64,000 bases of DNA, from the IMG/VR virus record IMGVR_UViG_3300045988_066341. The stretch is one strand, 5' to 3'. Positions within the stretch are counted from its first letter, which is position 1, and each line of letters starts with the position of its first letter. The notes beneath the pieces are model-generated. The model was not told the DNA's origin and ran no database searches. It was given only the letters and a program-made list of their open reading frames with translations. Shown piece after piece: positions 8,748 through 17,811 of the stretch. The stretch is from a virus. Made by a program: the position numbers and the translations under genes.

Positions 8748-9191
8748 ATGAGAGATAGAGTGCAAGAGGCTAAGGAAGAAGGCATAAGACAAGGAATATG
8801 GTTATGCATACAAAGATTGGTACATATGGGGCAATACGATATGGCAAAATATTTTATAAAGTTATTCGGATTTGATAGAAATGAGTGTGAGATGCTATTG
8901 GACAAGAATGGTTCGGATGATAAAATGGAATCATTTATTATTCAGATGGTATTTAATAAAGACGATAAGATAATCTTGGATGATATAGGATATCATAAGA
9001 TAGGATCTATATTTAAATACAATATCGATTCGAAAGAAGTAGAACTGGAGGTGGTTGAATCCAGTGACGCTAGTTGTGAAGGATGCGCATTTAATAATAG
9101 TAAGAATTATTACTGTAAGGATACCCATTGTATTGATGTAGATAGGAAAGATGATATAGACGTTATATATAAAAAGGTAAAAAGATCATGA
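8748..9191 (+). CDS. hypothetical protein (147 aa), paralogue of 7986..8492
   Basis: See 7986..8492. Confidence 0.65.
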   Translation: MRDRVQEAKEEGIRQGIWLCIQRLVHMGQYDMAKYFIKLFGFDRNECEMLLDKNGSDDKMESFIIQMVFNKDDKIILDDIGYHKIGSIFKYNIDSKEVELEVVESSDASCEGCAFNNSKNYYCKDTHCIDVDRKDDIDVIYKKVKRS

Positions 9192-9604
9192 GTTTAATAG
9201 ATAAATTAGAGGATTTGGTGGTTAAGGTAGACACCGAATACCAAGAGAAGATGGAGGCGGTGATCCGGGAGATAGTCCCGGGGATGCCGGAAGGGAATGT
9301 ACGTCATGCCGCCGAGCTGATGTGCACGGACAGGATGGGGAATATGATGGACATAGATGTTTATATATTAAGGGAAGAAGATAGGCCTTATGAATGCCAT
9401 TATCTAAAGGATCTATTGGAAGATAGGGTAGCTAGAATAGATAAGATGCATGAGGATAAAAGTTACACATACAATATAGATGATAATTATTGGTGCGCTA
9501 CATGTGGTTCCCATTCTCATAAAAAGGATTCTGAGACAGGGTATTGCTGGCATTGCGATACGGTTAATTGGGTTAAAGAAGATGGAGCAGATGTTAGGGT
9601 ATAA
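9188..9604 (+). CDS. hypothetical protein with C-terminal zinc ribbon (138 aa)
   Basis: ATGA overlap with the upstream gene. C-terminal CATCG...CWHC. Confidence 0.6.
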   Translation: MSLIDKLEDLVVKVDTEYQEKMEAVIREIVPGMPEGNVRHAAELMCTDRMGNMMDIDVYILREEDRPYECHYLKDLLEDRVARIDKMHEDKSYTYNIDDNYWCATCGSHSHKKDSETGYCWHCDTVNWVKEDGADVRV

Positions 9605-9692
9605 TTACCAAAGAATAAATATGAATGATAGGAGAAAGGATAGTATTAACTATTAATAATGTTTATTTAATTTAATTCAAAAACAAAATGTC

Positions 9693-9700
9693 TACTTTTG
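9693..9700 (+). promoter_or_regulatory. Bacteroidota-type -7 box TACTTTTG
   Basis: Lies in a 118-nt AT-rich intergenic gap, 22 nt before ATG 9723. It is embedded in the palindrome GTCTAC-tttt-GTAGAC. The extended motif TACTTTTGTA..ACAT.AAAA is shared with 31112. Confidence 0.55.
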
Positions 9701-9722
9701 TAGACACATAAAAATTATATAT

Positions 9723-10001
9723 ATGGAAAAGAGTGAGTTTGTAAAGAAATTGGAGAAGATCATCGATATGGTTAAGACCGAAGATGATGGTTTCGAGTAT
9801 GGTGGCAAAGTCATTTTCTATAAAGAAGATGATAGTAACTATGAAGTCTCGGTAATGAACATTGAGATGAATTTGGAAGTAGAAGCCAATGTTATGGCTG
9901 GTATGGATGATATGGATTTTACCTGCCTTATGAGTGAGGTTTATAAACAAAAGGCGGCAAAGGCTATAATGATGGAGAAGGATGACGATGAAGACAATTA
10001 A
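9723..10001 (+). CDS. acidic small protein (92 aa)
   Basis: ORF track; very Asp/Glu-rich, with a C-terminal DDDEDN tail. Confidence 0.55.
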   Translation: MEKSEFVKKLEKIIDMVKTEDDGFEYGGKVIFYKEDDSNYEVSVMNIEMNLEVEANVMAGMDDMDFTCLMSEVYKQKAAKAIMMEKDDDEDN

Positions 10002-10665
10002 TGAGATGACCGATCAGGAGATATATGATCTTACTGACGAGCAGATAGATAGATTGATCATAACAAGATGCGCTAAGGAGGGTGTTAGGTTTGTGGACGA
10101 ACCTCCAGTTATGAAGACATACGACTACAAACCTATTTCTCCATCTAATTTCTTCTACCTTTTAGAAGGATTGAGCATAGCTGTTTTTAATCAGGATGAT
10201 GCTATTAAAATAGCTAAGTTCTTAAGTAAGTTTGATTTATACAAGACTACATACGATTTCACTATATCCAATGATAAGATATATAATAAGTTGGATATAA
10301 TCAATATCAAACATATTCCAATGTTTGATACGAAAGATGAGGAATCCTACAAATCTATAAAGGACAAGAATAATAAGATTGAGGAGGAGTATAAAGATCA
10401 GGTAGATAAATACAAGAAGGGTATAAAAAGAATGAGTGAAATCCATGCCGAGATCTGGTCGAAGGTAATCGATGTAAGAAATAAGATTGATCATATGAAT
10501 CATCTTAGATTCCTTTTTGTAAAGGAATATCTTCCGTTGGTGGATCACGACACGGACAAGGCTATGATATTTTTCAAGAAGGCTTATGATGTGGATGATG
10601 ATACGGAGAGATATATTCGTGAAGGAATAAAAGATTATCCTTTGTTTAACAATAATATAGATTAA
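9982..10665 (+). CDS. hypothetical protein (227 aa)
   Basis: ORF track; co-oriented. Confidence 0.6.
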   Translation: MTMKTINEMTDQEIYDLTDEQIDRLIITRCAKEGVRFVDEPPVMKTYDYKPISPSNFFYLLEGLSIAVFNQDDAIKIAKFLSKFDLYKTTYDFTISNDKIYNKLDIINIKHIPMFDTKDEESYKSIKDKNNKIEEEYKDQVDKYKKGIKRMSEIHAEIWSKVIDVRNKIDHMNHLRFLFVKEYLPLVDHDTDKAMIFFKKAYDVDDDTERYIREGIKDYPLFNNNID

Positions 10666-10666
10666 A

Positions 10667-11131
10667 ATGCACAATTGGTTTAAATGTACGGTTTCTTATG
10701 AGACCGATGCCGAGAATGGCATGAAGAAGAAGGTTAAGGAAGAATATTTAGTAGATGCTCTTTCTTATACCGAGTGTGAAGCTAGAATCATAGAGGAGAT
10801 GAAACCGTTTATCTCCGGTGAGTTTAGTGTTGATATCAAACGATTCCGGATAGCGGAATTATTCGCCATGGATGGAGACCGGTTCTATAAGGTCACGGCT
10901 GATTATATTACGATAGACGAGAAATCGGGCAATGAGAAACGCAAGGCGTTTAACTACATCGTTCGGGCCAATGACCTTGATCATGCCAAAAAGAATTTCG
11001 AGGAAGGCATGAAAGGAACCATATCAGATTTCGTTGTCACTTGTATCAAGGAAGAGAAGAAACTGATGGACTTCTACGAGTTTGATGGTAAGATCAGGAA
11101 TCCGGAGAAAAATGAGGATAGTAGGCAGTAA
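10667..11131 (+). CDS. DUF4494-like protein
   Basis: N-terminal WFKCTVSYETDAENGMKKKVKEEYLVDALSYTECEARIIEEMKPFISGEF matches my recollection of the Bacteroidota/virus DUF4494 family. Confidence 0.65.
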   Translation: MHNWFKCTVSYETDAENGMKKKVKEEYLVDALSYTECEARIIEEMKPFISGEFSVDIKRFRIAELFAMDGDRFYKVTADYITIDEKSGNEKRKAFNYIVRANDLDHAKKNFEEGMKGTISDFVVTCIKEEKKLMDFYEFDGKIRNPEKNEDSRQ

Positions 11132-11444
11132 AGCTAGCTACGAAACCACGTCGTCCATAGCCGAGAAGTTGATGGAGATAAGTAAAATGGAGGGTACGAT
11201 TTATCGTATCCTCACATTGTCTAACAAAACTTATCTAGCTTCTAAATTAGGATATAGCAGATCGGGGTTCTATAAGAAGATACAAAACAGGAGTTTTAAT
11301 ATCCGGGAACTAGCTCAGATATTCGATACGATCATCAACTTCAAGGATCAAGATTGGACTGAGGGTAAGATTAATAGGCTTAAGAGGTATAGGGCTATGA
11401 GCCTTATGGAGTTCAACAAAAGTTATAAAAAGAAAAAGGCATGA
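11112..11444 (+). CDS. hypothetical protein, possible HTH (110 aa)
   Basis: Track ORF 11082..11444, with an in-frame ATG at 11112. The segment LASKLGYSRSGFYKKIQNRSFNIRELAQIF looks like a helix-turn-helix. Confidence 0.45.
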   Translation: MRIVGSKASYETTSSIAEKLMEISKMEGTIYRILTLSNKTYLASKLGYSRSGFYKKIQNRSFNIRELAQIFDTIINFKDQDWTEGKINRLKRYRAMSLMEFNKSYKKKKA

Positions 11445-11941
11445 GAGGTAGGATGTTACCGTGTGAGAGATGCGGAAGGATGGTAACCATAAGGAGTAAG
11501 GGGTTGTGTCCCGCATGCAGAGCCAAGGAGCTACCACCAAAGGAAAGGGCGGCGATACGGGTGAAGGCCAAGCCAAAGGGGAAGAGCCTAGCCGTTTTCT
11601 TTGGCGCCCATGTGGCTAGATTGAGTATGACAAGGAGATCTGCTACCGGCGCATACATACCATGCCCGGGGGTAAGCAACATATGCCACTTATACCCTAA
11701 ACGGAAATATAAATCAGTTGCTGAGGATAATGATAACATTATCTACTTGACGGCTGATGAGCATACAAGATTCGATTATCTATTAGATACGATGGATTTC
11801 AGCCGGCTCTTGGACGAGTTTGGCAACGTATGGCTGTTGGCAGCCAGAAGGATGAGGGATCTCGCACCTAGAGTCGAGGAGGATGGTAAATTAAAAACCA
11901 GATTATTATCATGGATAGAAGAAAACAAAAATTACTTCTAG
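11441..11941 (+). CDS. zinc-ribbon protein with HNH-like motif
   Basis: N-terminal CERCG...CPAC, then CHLYPKRKY...NDNIIYLTADEH, which resembles an H-N-H arrangement. The call is tentative. Confidence 0.5.
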   Translation: MRGRMLPCERCGRMVTIRSKGLCPACRAKELPPKERAAIRVKAKPKGKSLAVFFGAHVARLSMTRRSATGAYIPCPGVSNICHLYPKRKYKSVAEDNDNIIYLTADEHTRFDYLLDTMDFSRLLDEFGNVWLLAARRMRDLAPRVEEDGKLKTRLLSWIEENKNYF

Positions 11942-13344
11942 CTCTTGGATACGAGGCTATAAGTGATACGATATATAAGAAAGGAATGGATATGGAAGTC
12001 ATAAGCGATCAAGAATCGTTTGATGATATGAGAGTCCGTTTATCCAAAAAACATCGTGTGGTTATCACGGATGATGGCATTGTAATAGAGTTTGTTCATA
12101 ATAAGCCAATGGACGAGAATGCGCCATCATATTATTGGCGATCATCATTACCAATATTAAGATCATATCATACAGATCCTAAATTTACCGCTTTCTTTGG
12201 CATATTAGACGTTTTGTCAACGATCCCAAAGAAAGATATGGTTGAGGAGGAAAAGCCTGTTGAGGAACCTAAAAACGAGCCTAATGAGGAGATGGAGGTT
12301 GAGTATGATCTGGAGACAGAGCAACAGTATTATGCCGCTGAATGGATAAAGGATATCCCGACACCTGTGTTATATAGAATGACTGTAGCCGGCAAACGTG
12401 TGTATTATGAGATGGATGTTGATGGGTATCCTATCATATACGATGGAGCCACTAACAATATCGCCAATGGGTATTGTGATACGTCCGGAGCCTTGGAGAA
12501 GTGGAAGAATGAGATGAGGCTCAAGGGTAAGGATCCTGATGAGTACGCTAACTACAGGGCTGATCTGGGTACTATCATGCATTATCTATTTGGGTTGTAT
12601 CTGACAGGGGTTAACATAAAGCTGATCCCGACATGGATCAGGAAGGTGGTCAAGGAAGCCAAGCTAAGAATAGACAAGTATAGGATGGAGCGGATATTAG
12701 TGGATAACATTGATGAACTGATAGAGGATCTGATATCATTTGCCATATTCTGCAAGGAAAGACATGTAAAACCTGTATTGATCGAAAAGATGTTGAGGTC
12801 AAGGAGATTGAAAGTAGCTTCTTCGGTGGACGCAGTGGTGGAGATGGATGGCGAGCCGGAGATGGTGGAGATAGAGGTCGAGACAGGAGAGTTCTATAAG
12901 ACGGGAGCCAAGAAAGGTCAGCCTAAGACGGAGAAAAAGAAGATAAAGAGATGCAGGAGGATATTCGCTATATTGGACTTCAAATCAAACAGGAAAGGCA
13001 ATTTCTATGACGAGTATGCTTTCCAACTTGAGTTATATAGAAGAATGATATTAGAGAACTATGGAAAGATATTGGAGATAGAGGAGATATATAACTTCGC
13101 TCCGGGTGATCCTACCGCAAAGACCAGCCAATATAAGTTGAAGAGACAGACTGACAACCCTATATTGAATATGGCTACCGTAGTATATCTTCAAGGAAAG
13201 TATAAGTTCGAGAAAACTAATTATACGGTTACATCAAGAATCGGATCCTTAGATATAGAAGGCGAGTTTGATGTTAATAAGTTGGTAAGGAAAGAGCCGC
13301 TGAGGGACTATATATATAGAGTCATGAATGAGAGGAGAGGGTGA
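11911..13344 (+). CDS. PD-(D/E)XK-family nuclease domain protein (477 aa)
   Basis: C-terminal half carries VDAVVEM ... ILDFKS ... QLELY (D / D-x-K / Q-x3-Y, as in RecB/Cas4-like nucleases). Confidence 0.6.
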   Translation: MDRRKQKLLLALGYEAISDTIYKKGMDMEVISDQESFDDMRVRLSKKHRVVITDDGIVIEFVHNKPMDENAPSYYWRSSLPILRSYHTDPKFTAFFGILDVLSTIPKKDMVEEEKPVEEPKNEPNEEMEVEYDLETEQQYYAAEWIKDIPTPVLYRMTVAGKRVYYEMDVDGYPIIYDGATNNIANGYCDTSGALEKWKNEMRLKGKDPDEYANYRADLGTIMHYLFGLYLTGVNIKLIPTWIRKVVKEAKLRIDKYRMERILVDNIDELIEDLISFAIFCKERHVKPVLIEKMLRSRRLKVASSVDAVVEMDGEPEMVEIEVETGEFYKTGAKKGQPKTEKKKIKRCRRIFAILDFKSNRKGNFYDEYAFQLELYRRMILENYGKILEIEEIYNFAPGDPTAKTSQYKLKRQTDNPILNMATVVYLQGKYKFEKTNYTVTSRIGSLDIEGEFDVNKLVRKEPLRDYIYRVMNERRG

Positions 13345-14303
13345 TGGAATTTAGGGAGTTCAATAAGAGCGTTCATCGGTATGAGCTGGATCATAGCAAA
13401 CCAAGGAGGAAGCTGACGTGCCCGCAATGCGGCAAGGATAAGTGTTTTACGCCGTACGTGGACGTAACCACCGGTCAGATCGTTGGAGAGCAGTTTGGGG
13501 TGTGTGATCATAAAAACAGGTGTGGTTATTTTAAATACCCTACAGGGAATGAGCTTAAAGACAACGACCTTTTTGTAGACTCAAATAAAGTATTAAGAAG
13601 ATACAGACCCCCGGTGGACCCGGATATAGCCAATTGTATTCCGGTGAGTAAGATGTTTGATACGCTTAATCCTTTCGAGACGTCGGATCTACAAGATTAT
13701 TTATCCAATATATTTGGGTCATATCATACCAACAAGGCGTTTAACCTCTATAAGGTAGGGATGATGAGGTTCGGGGATTGGGGTAAATGTTGCGTGTTCT
13801 GGCAACTTGACAAGAACTGGACGATCCGGACAGGTAAGATAATGGATTATGGACCTGATGGCAAGAGGGTGAAGATTCCTATGGATCATGTGTGCTGGGT
13901 TCATGTCATGAATGGTCAAGATTATTTATTGAGACAATGTTTGTTTGGTGAGTTTCTTGTCAACTTCTATCCTAAAGACGCTCCGGTGTATATAGTTGAA
14001 TCTGAGAAGACGGCGGTCATATGCAACATTGTATATCCGGATAGACTTTTCATGGCATGCGGAGGTATCCATATGCTGAAAAGAGAGATGATAGAGACAT
14101 TGGGGCGCAGGAGGATAGTGTTGTATCCTGACAAGGGATCGGCGTTTAACGAGTGGAAGAAGAAGGTGGATAGGGATATGAGGGGGATGAATATCGAGAT
14201 AAGTGATTTTCTTGAATCAAAGCCCAATATAAATGAGGGAATGGATATAGCTGATTATTTTATCATTAAACAAAACAATAATAACAATGGCAAAAGTAGT
14301 TGA
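13344..14303 (+). CDS. DNA primase-like protein (zinc finger + Toprim)
   Basis: N-terminal CPQCG-x27-CDHKNRC zinc-binding pattern. The C-terminal IVESEKTA ... LYPDKG pattern fits a Toprim Glu and acidic motif. The start was moved from GTG 13341 to ATG 13344. Confidence 0.65.
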   Translation: MEFREFNKSVHRYELDHSKPRRKLTCPQCGKDKCFTPYVDVTTGQIVGEQFGVCDHKNRCGYFKYPTGNELKDNDLFVDSNKVLRRYRPPVDPDIANCIPVSKMFDTLNPFETSDLQDYLSNIFGSYHTNKAFNLYKVGMMRFGDWGKCCVFWQLDKNWTIRTGKIMDYGPDGKRVKIPMDHVCWVHVMNGQDYLLRQCLFGEFLVNFYPKDAPVYIVESEKTAVICNIVYPDRLFMACGGIHMLKREMIETLGRRRIVLYPDKGSAFNEWKKKVDRDMRGMNIEISDFLESKPNINEGMDIADYFIIKQNNNNNGKSS

Positions 14304-14574
14304 TAATTACAAGGGATTCAAGGTGCTTGAAATAACAAGACAGGAGATGATGGATAAGTTTACCAGATATGGGTGCTTAGGTATTTGCGATATGTGTAAC
14401 AGACCTACGTCCGTGGGCTATTACGTGGCGGTAATCAATCAATGGATGTGCAAGGACTGTTACGATGATTTTATTAAATCAATTAACAGGTATGAGGAGG
14501 ATATGGAAATAGAAAGCAGGAATTTCAATAGATATTGCAGCTTATTTAATGTTGAAATAAAGGAAACAGAATGA
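14287..14574 (+). CDS. Cys-rich small protein (95 aa)
   Basis: ORF track; CDMC...CKDC pattern. Confidence 0.5.
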   Translation: MAKVVDNYKGFKVLEITRQEMMDKFTRYGCLGICDMCNRPTSVGYYVAVINQWMCKDCYDDFIKSINRYEEDMEIESRNFNRYCSLFNVEIKETE

Positions 14575-15128
14575 AAGAACTGTCTTTAGCTCAAAAAGCT
14601 ATGTTAAACGGATCTATATGCCCGTACTGTAAAACCCCATCCACTATAATAAATACGGTAGAGGGGAAGCAGGTTGGGTGCGAGAAGTGTGGAGCTTGGA
14701 TGAGATCCGATCCTTTTGGGAAGCCGATGGGGAGGCTGGCTAAGCCGGATCTTCTTAGGAGTATGGATATGGTAATGACTGAGATTAATATATTTGCGTA
14801 TAGGACAAAACGGGATGTGCAGGATATTTACAAAAGCCTATCTGGTGAATTGGATATACCAATAGAACATGTATCTCCATATAAGATGTCTTTGCCATCA
14901 CTGCTTAATACCATGAGATATATTGAAAAGTATAGCGATAATCATATACGGATATATGATAGAACCATGGTAAAGAAGGATTGCCCTAGGCACGGAGCGG
15001 TGGTGATCGGAAGCAACGCCTGCCACGGATGCCCGGAGTTCCTGTTCCATGTGGTAAACAACACGACCGATACGGTGGTGTGTGATATGGATATGAGTTA
15101 TGGAGATTGGATAAAGGAAAATAAATAA
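14571..15128 (+). CDS. zinc-ribbon protein (185 aa)
   Basis: ATGA overlap with the upstream gene. CPYC...CEKC and CPRH...CHGC patterns. Confidence 0.6.
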   Translation: MKELSLAQKAMLNGSICPYCKTPSTIINTVEGKQVGCEKCGAWMRSDPFGKPMGRLAKPDLLRSMDMVMTEINIFAYRTKRDVQDIYKSLSGELDIPIEHVSPYKMSLPSLLNTMRYIEKYSDNHIRIYDRTMVKKDCPRHGAVVIGSNACHGCPEFLFHVVNNTTDTVVCDMDMSYGDWIKENK

Positions 15129-15133
15129 ATTTG
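15126..15133 (+). promoter_or_regulatory. Bacteroidota-type -7 box TAAATTTG
   Basis: 25 nt upstream of ATG 15159, in a 30-nt gap. Confidence 0.4.
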
Positions 15134-15158
15134 ATAGATAATATTAATTGTATAAAAG

Positions 15159-15467
15159 ATGAAAGTAATTTTTATTCATAAGCCAACAGGATTTTATGTA
15201 GGAGGATCAGTATTTAACAAGACATGTGGTTTTTACAAATGTAGGGATAAGATGATAGAAAAAGGCATAAGCGAGGATAAGGCTAATATGCTGATTGATA
15301 TAATAGGTCCACACGTATGTGTGTGGGAGATAAAGGATGGAGACGATCCTTATGAGAGCATGAGAGATAGACTCGGGGATAAAGCCTCGTATCTGGATGG
15401 AGAGGATATTATCGTAGAGAATTATGATTATGATGAGGAGGACGAAGAGGATGGGGAAATCGACTGA
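15159..15467 (+). CDS. hypothetical protein with acidic tail (102 aa)
   Basis: ORF track; C-terminal YDYDEEDEEDGEID. Confidence 0.55.
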   Translation: MKVIFIHKPTGFYVGGSVFNKTCGFYKCRDKMIEKGISEDKANMLIDIIGPHVCVWEIKDGDDPYESMRDRLGDKASYLDGEDIIVENYDYDEEDEEDGEID

Positions 15468-15720
15468 ATATTATAGGACACATCCGGAAGCCAGAAAGAA
15501 GAAGGCTGAGACGGACAAGAAGATTAATGCTCGTCCTGAACAGAAAGCCAAGAGACGGGAGTTGGGTCGCAAGAACTACAAGACCGATAAGTTGAAGGGG
15601 AAGGCTTATCGGAAAGGGAAGGACCTATGCCATACGGCTAAGGGGTTAAGATATAAATCAAGATCAGCTAACAGAGGATCTAAATCCGATACGGCTGGCG
15701 ATAGAAACGCAAGAGGATGA
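15451..15720 (+). CDS. highly basic small protein (89 aa)
   Basis: Track ORF 15424..15720, with an in-frame ATG at 15451. Lys/Arg-rich throughout. Confidence 0.45.
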   Translation: MGKSTEYYRTHPEARKKKAETDKKINARPEQKAKRRELGRKNYKTDKLKGKAYRKGKDLCHTAKGLRYKSRSANRGSKSDTAGDRNARG

Positions 15721-16859
15721 GTGAGGATAGGATATGGAGGTCATCCAAGGAGATCATCATGGATGCCTATGAGAGGATAAGAAAGTATCAGTCGGGAGAG
15801 CTTCTCCCGGCTCGTACTGGATACGCTTATCTTGACAAGGCGTTACTGGGCGGGTTCTACCCACAACATGCGGTGGCTATAGGCGCTAGGCCCGGAGTTG
15901 GCAAATCTTATCTGGCGCAAAAAATCATGAGCAATGTGATGAATGTCAATATCAATCCACAGGCAGATGATTATGTATGGTTAAGATGTGAGTTTGAGAT
16001 GAACCCAGAAGATTTGATGTTACGTTCACTATCAAAAAAAATGGGGAAAGACATACAAGATATACTCCTTAACGAGATGTCAGAAGATGAGGTAAAAGAA
16101 ATGCAGAGATGCCTCAAGGAAGAGAACTCTAGCAGAATAACATACATCCCTAAACCATCAACCGTAGATGAGCTTCAAAACTTTCTATGGAATGAGTATA
16201 TGCCAATAAACAAGGATAAGAAAATGGTATTCGTGTCTATAGATCATACGGCTCTAGTACAAGGTTCAGGAGACGCCAAAAGAAATATCGACTCGTTGAT
16301 AACCATGTGTAATATCGCTAAAAGAACTTTTCCTAATATTTTCTTTCTTATAATATCCCAACTCAATCGTGATATCGAAGGACGGCGGGATCCAAAGGAT
16401 CATATGCCAAAGCAATCTGATTTTTATCAATCAGATACATTGGGACAGTTATGTACGGCTATGGTAGCGTTAAATATACCGAAAAGATACGGGTACTCCT
16501 CATACATGCAATTTCCGCAAGGATGGTATCCTAATCTGGAACGTTTTAAGAGCGAGTCAAGACGATCCTTCCGTGTGGATGGATTATTGTTCCATCATAT
16601 CGTAAAGGTCCGTCAAAGATCATTGGAGGAGATTGACGCTATACATGTAGATATCATGAAAGGATATGAGCGATATTATCCTGATGGAGGGGTGGTGCGC
16701 CAAGAAAGACCGGGAGGCTCGGATGCCCCTGTGGGTAGCGGCAAGCCGGACACGACTGTGGTGACGCTGCCGCCCCCGCCTCCCAGTATCCCGTTGGAGC
16801 AACAATATATACCGCCTAGTGATGATTTCAATATAGTACATGACGAAACACCTTATTGA
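15717..16859 (+). CDS. DnaB-like replicative helicase (RecA-type C-terminal domain) with Pro-rich tail
   Basis: Walker A GARPGVGKS, Walker B VFVSIDH, and the DnaB-type ISQLNRDIEGR motif. The tail reads LPPPPPSIP...DDFNIV. Confidence 0.8.
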   Translation: MSEDRIWRSSKEIIMDAYERIRKYQSGELLPARTGYAYLDKALLGGFYPQHAVAIGARPGVGKSYLAQKIMSNVMNVNINPQADDYVWLRCEFEMNPEDLMLRSLSKKMGKDIQDILLNEMSEDEVKEMQRCLKEENSSRITYIPKPSTVDELQNFLWNEYMPINKDKKMVFVSIDHTALVQGSGDAKRNIDSLITMCNIAKRTFPNIFFLIISQLNRDIEGRRDPKDHMPKQSDFYQSDTLGQLCTAMVALNIPKRYGYSSYMQFPQGWYPNLERFKSESRRSFRVDGLLFHHIVKVRQRSLEEIDAIHVDIMKGYERYYPDGGVVRQERPGGSDAPVGSGKPDTTVVTLPPPPPSIPLEQQYIPPSDDFNIVHDETPY

Positions 16860-17502
16860 CATGAGATTGAGACATAATTACCTGCTTGTAGTGATAAAGG
16901 TGCTGGAAATGTTCTTGAAGACCGTATTGTCGGTTGAGGATAAGATGGGGATAAAGGAAATTATATCCTCGTTGAAGGAAATGGCTAAATACAGCATCAG
17001 ATATATCATAAATCGGGAACGGGAAAAGGAGATCATGAGTATCTGTGATGAGGTATCCAATAAAGTACAGGAGTATAAAAGGATAAATGACAACTCAATG
17101 ATATTGGAATTGGAGAACCTAAAAAGGGAAGTTGTGGCGGTGGAGGATCTTCTTAGCTCATACAAGGGGGTTCTTGACGCCGAACTGGTGATAGCCGAGG
17201 ATGATATCAGAATCATACGGGACAAGATCGCTATAAGCCTGAGGGAGGACGGAACATGTAAGAGCATGACTGATGCTGATAAAAGGGCTAGGGTGGACGT
17301 AAGATACGAGAGGGCGTTAGAGGATTATCGAATCCTTCTAAGATGCGCCAATACGGTTAGGGCTAAGATGTCGGTTGTAGGGCATCTTAACCAATCTATA
17401 AATCAATCTATATCAGTTGGTAGAGTTGGTATGGCTAATGAATCTTATACAGTAAAACAGTATGAAAAAGGGAAAGAGATTATCGAAAGCAGACGCCCTT
17501 AG
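16840..17502 (+). CDS. hypothetical coiled-coil protein (220 aa)
   Basis: ORF track; the start is uncertain. Confidence 0.5.
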   Translation: MTKHLIDMRLRHNYLLVVIKVLEMFLKTVLSVEDKMGIKEIISSLKEMAKYSIRYIINREREKEIMSICDEVSNKVQEYKRINDNSMILELENLKREVVAVEDLLSSYKGVLDAELVIAEDDIRIIRDKIAISLREDGTCKSMTDADKRARVDVRYERALEDYRILLRCANTVRAKMSVVGHLNQSINQSISVGRVGMANESYTVKQYEKGKEIIESRRP

Positions 17503-17800
17503 GGTGTTGAGAAGAGCTTACGATCTAATAAAGAATGATAATTATACATTTATGTGCAGAGCAATAGAAAAGGCAGCGGTTGAATTATCACTTGCTGAAA
17601 GATCATGTGTGGCGTGTTATCTTATACCAGAACTGAAGATGTTCAAACCTGTAAACAGAAAAAATGGAGATTTTTGGTTTCATTCATCAAAGAAAAACAT
17701 AAGGTTACATATAATAGATACGCTAATAGATATATATAACGGAAATGATCATCCCGATATAGTCGAGAGGGTAGCCAGAAAGATAAGGTCAATATTTTAA
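17462..17800 (+). CDS. hypothetical protein (112 aa)
   Basis: ORF track; 41-nt overlap with the upstream gene. Confidence 0.5.
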   Translation: MKKGKRLSKADALRVLRRAYDLIKNDNYTFMCRAIEKAAVELSLAERSCVACYLIPELKMFKPVNRKNGDFWFHSSKKNIRLHIIDTLIDIYNGNDHPDIVERVARKIRSIF

Positions 17801-17811
17801 CTCATTAGTTT

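Noticed and set aside
10237-10674. 145-aa minus-strand ORF.
   Set aside because: It is antisense to 9982..10665 and is an AT-rich Ile/Leu/Tyr/Phe artefact. The same reasoning applies to 33767..34189, 17848..18431, 16878..17267 and 34646..34843.
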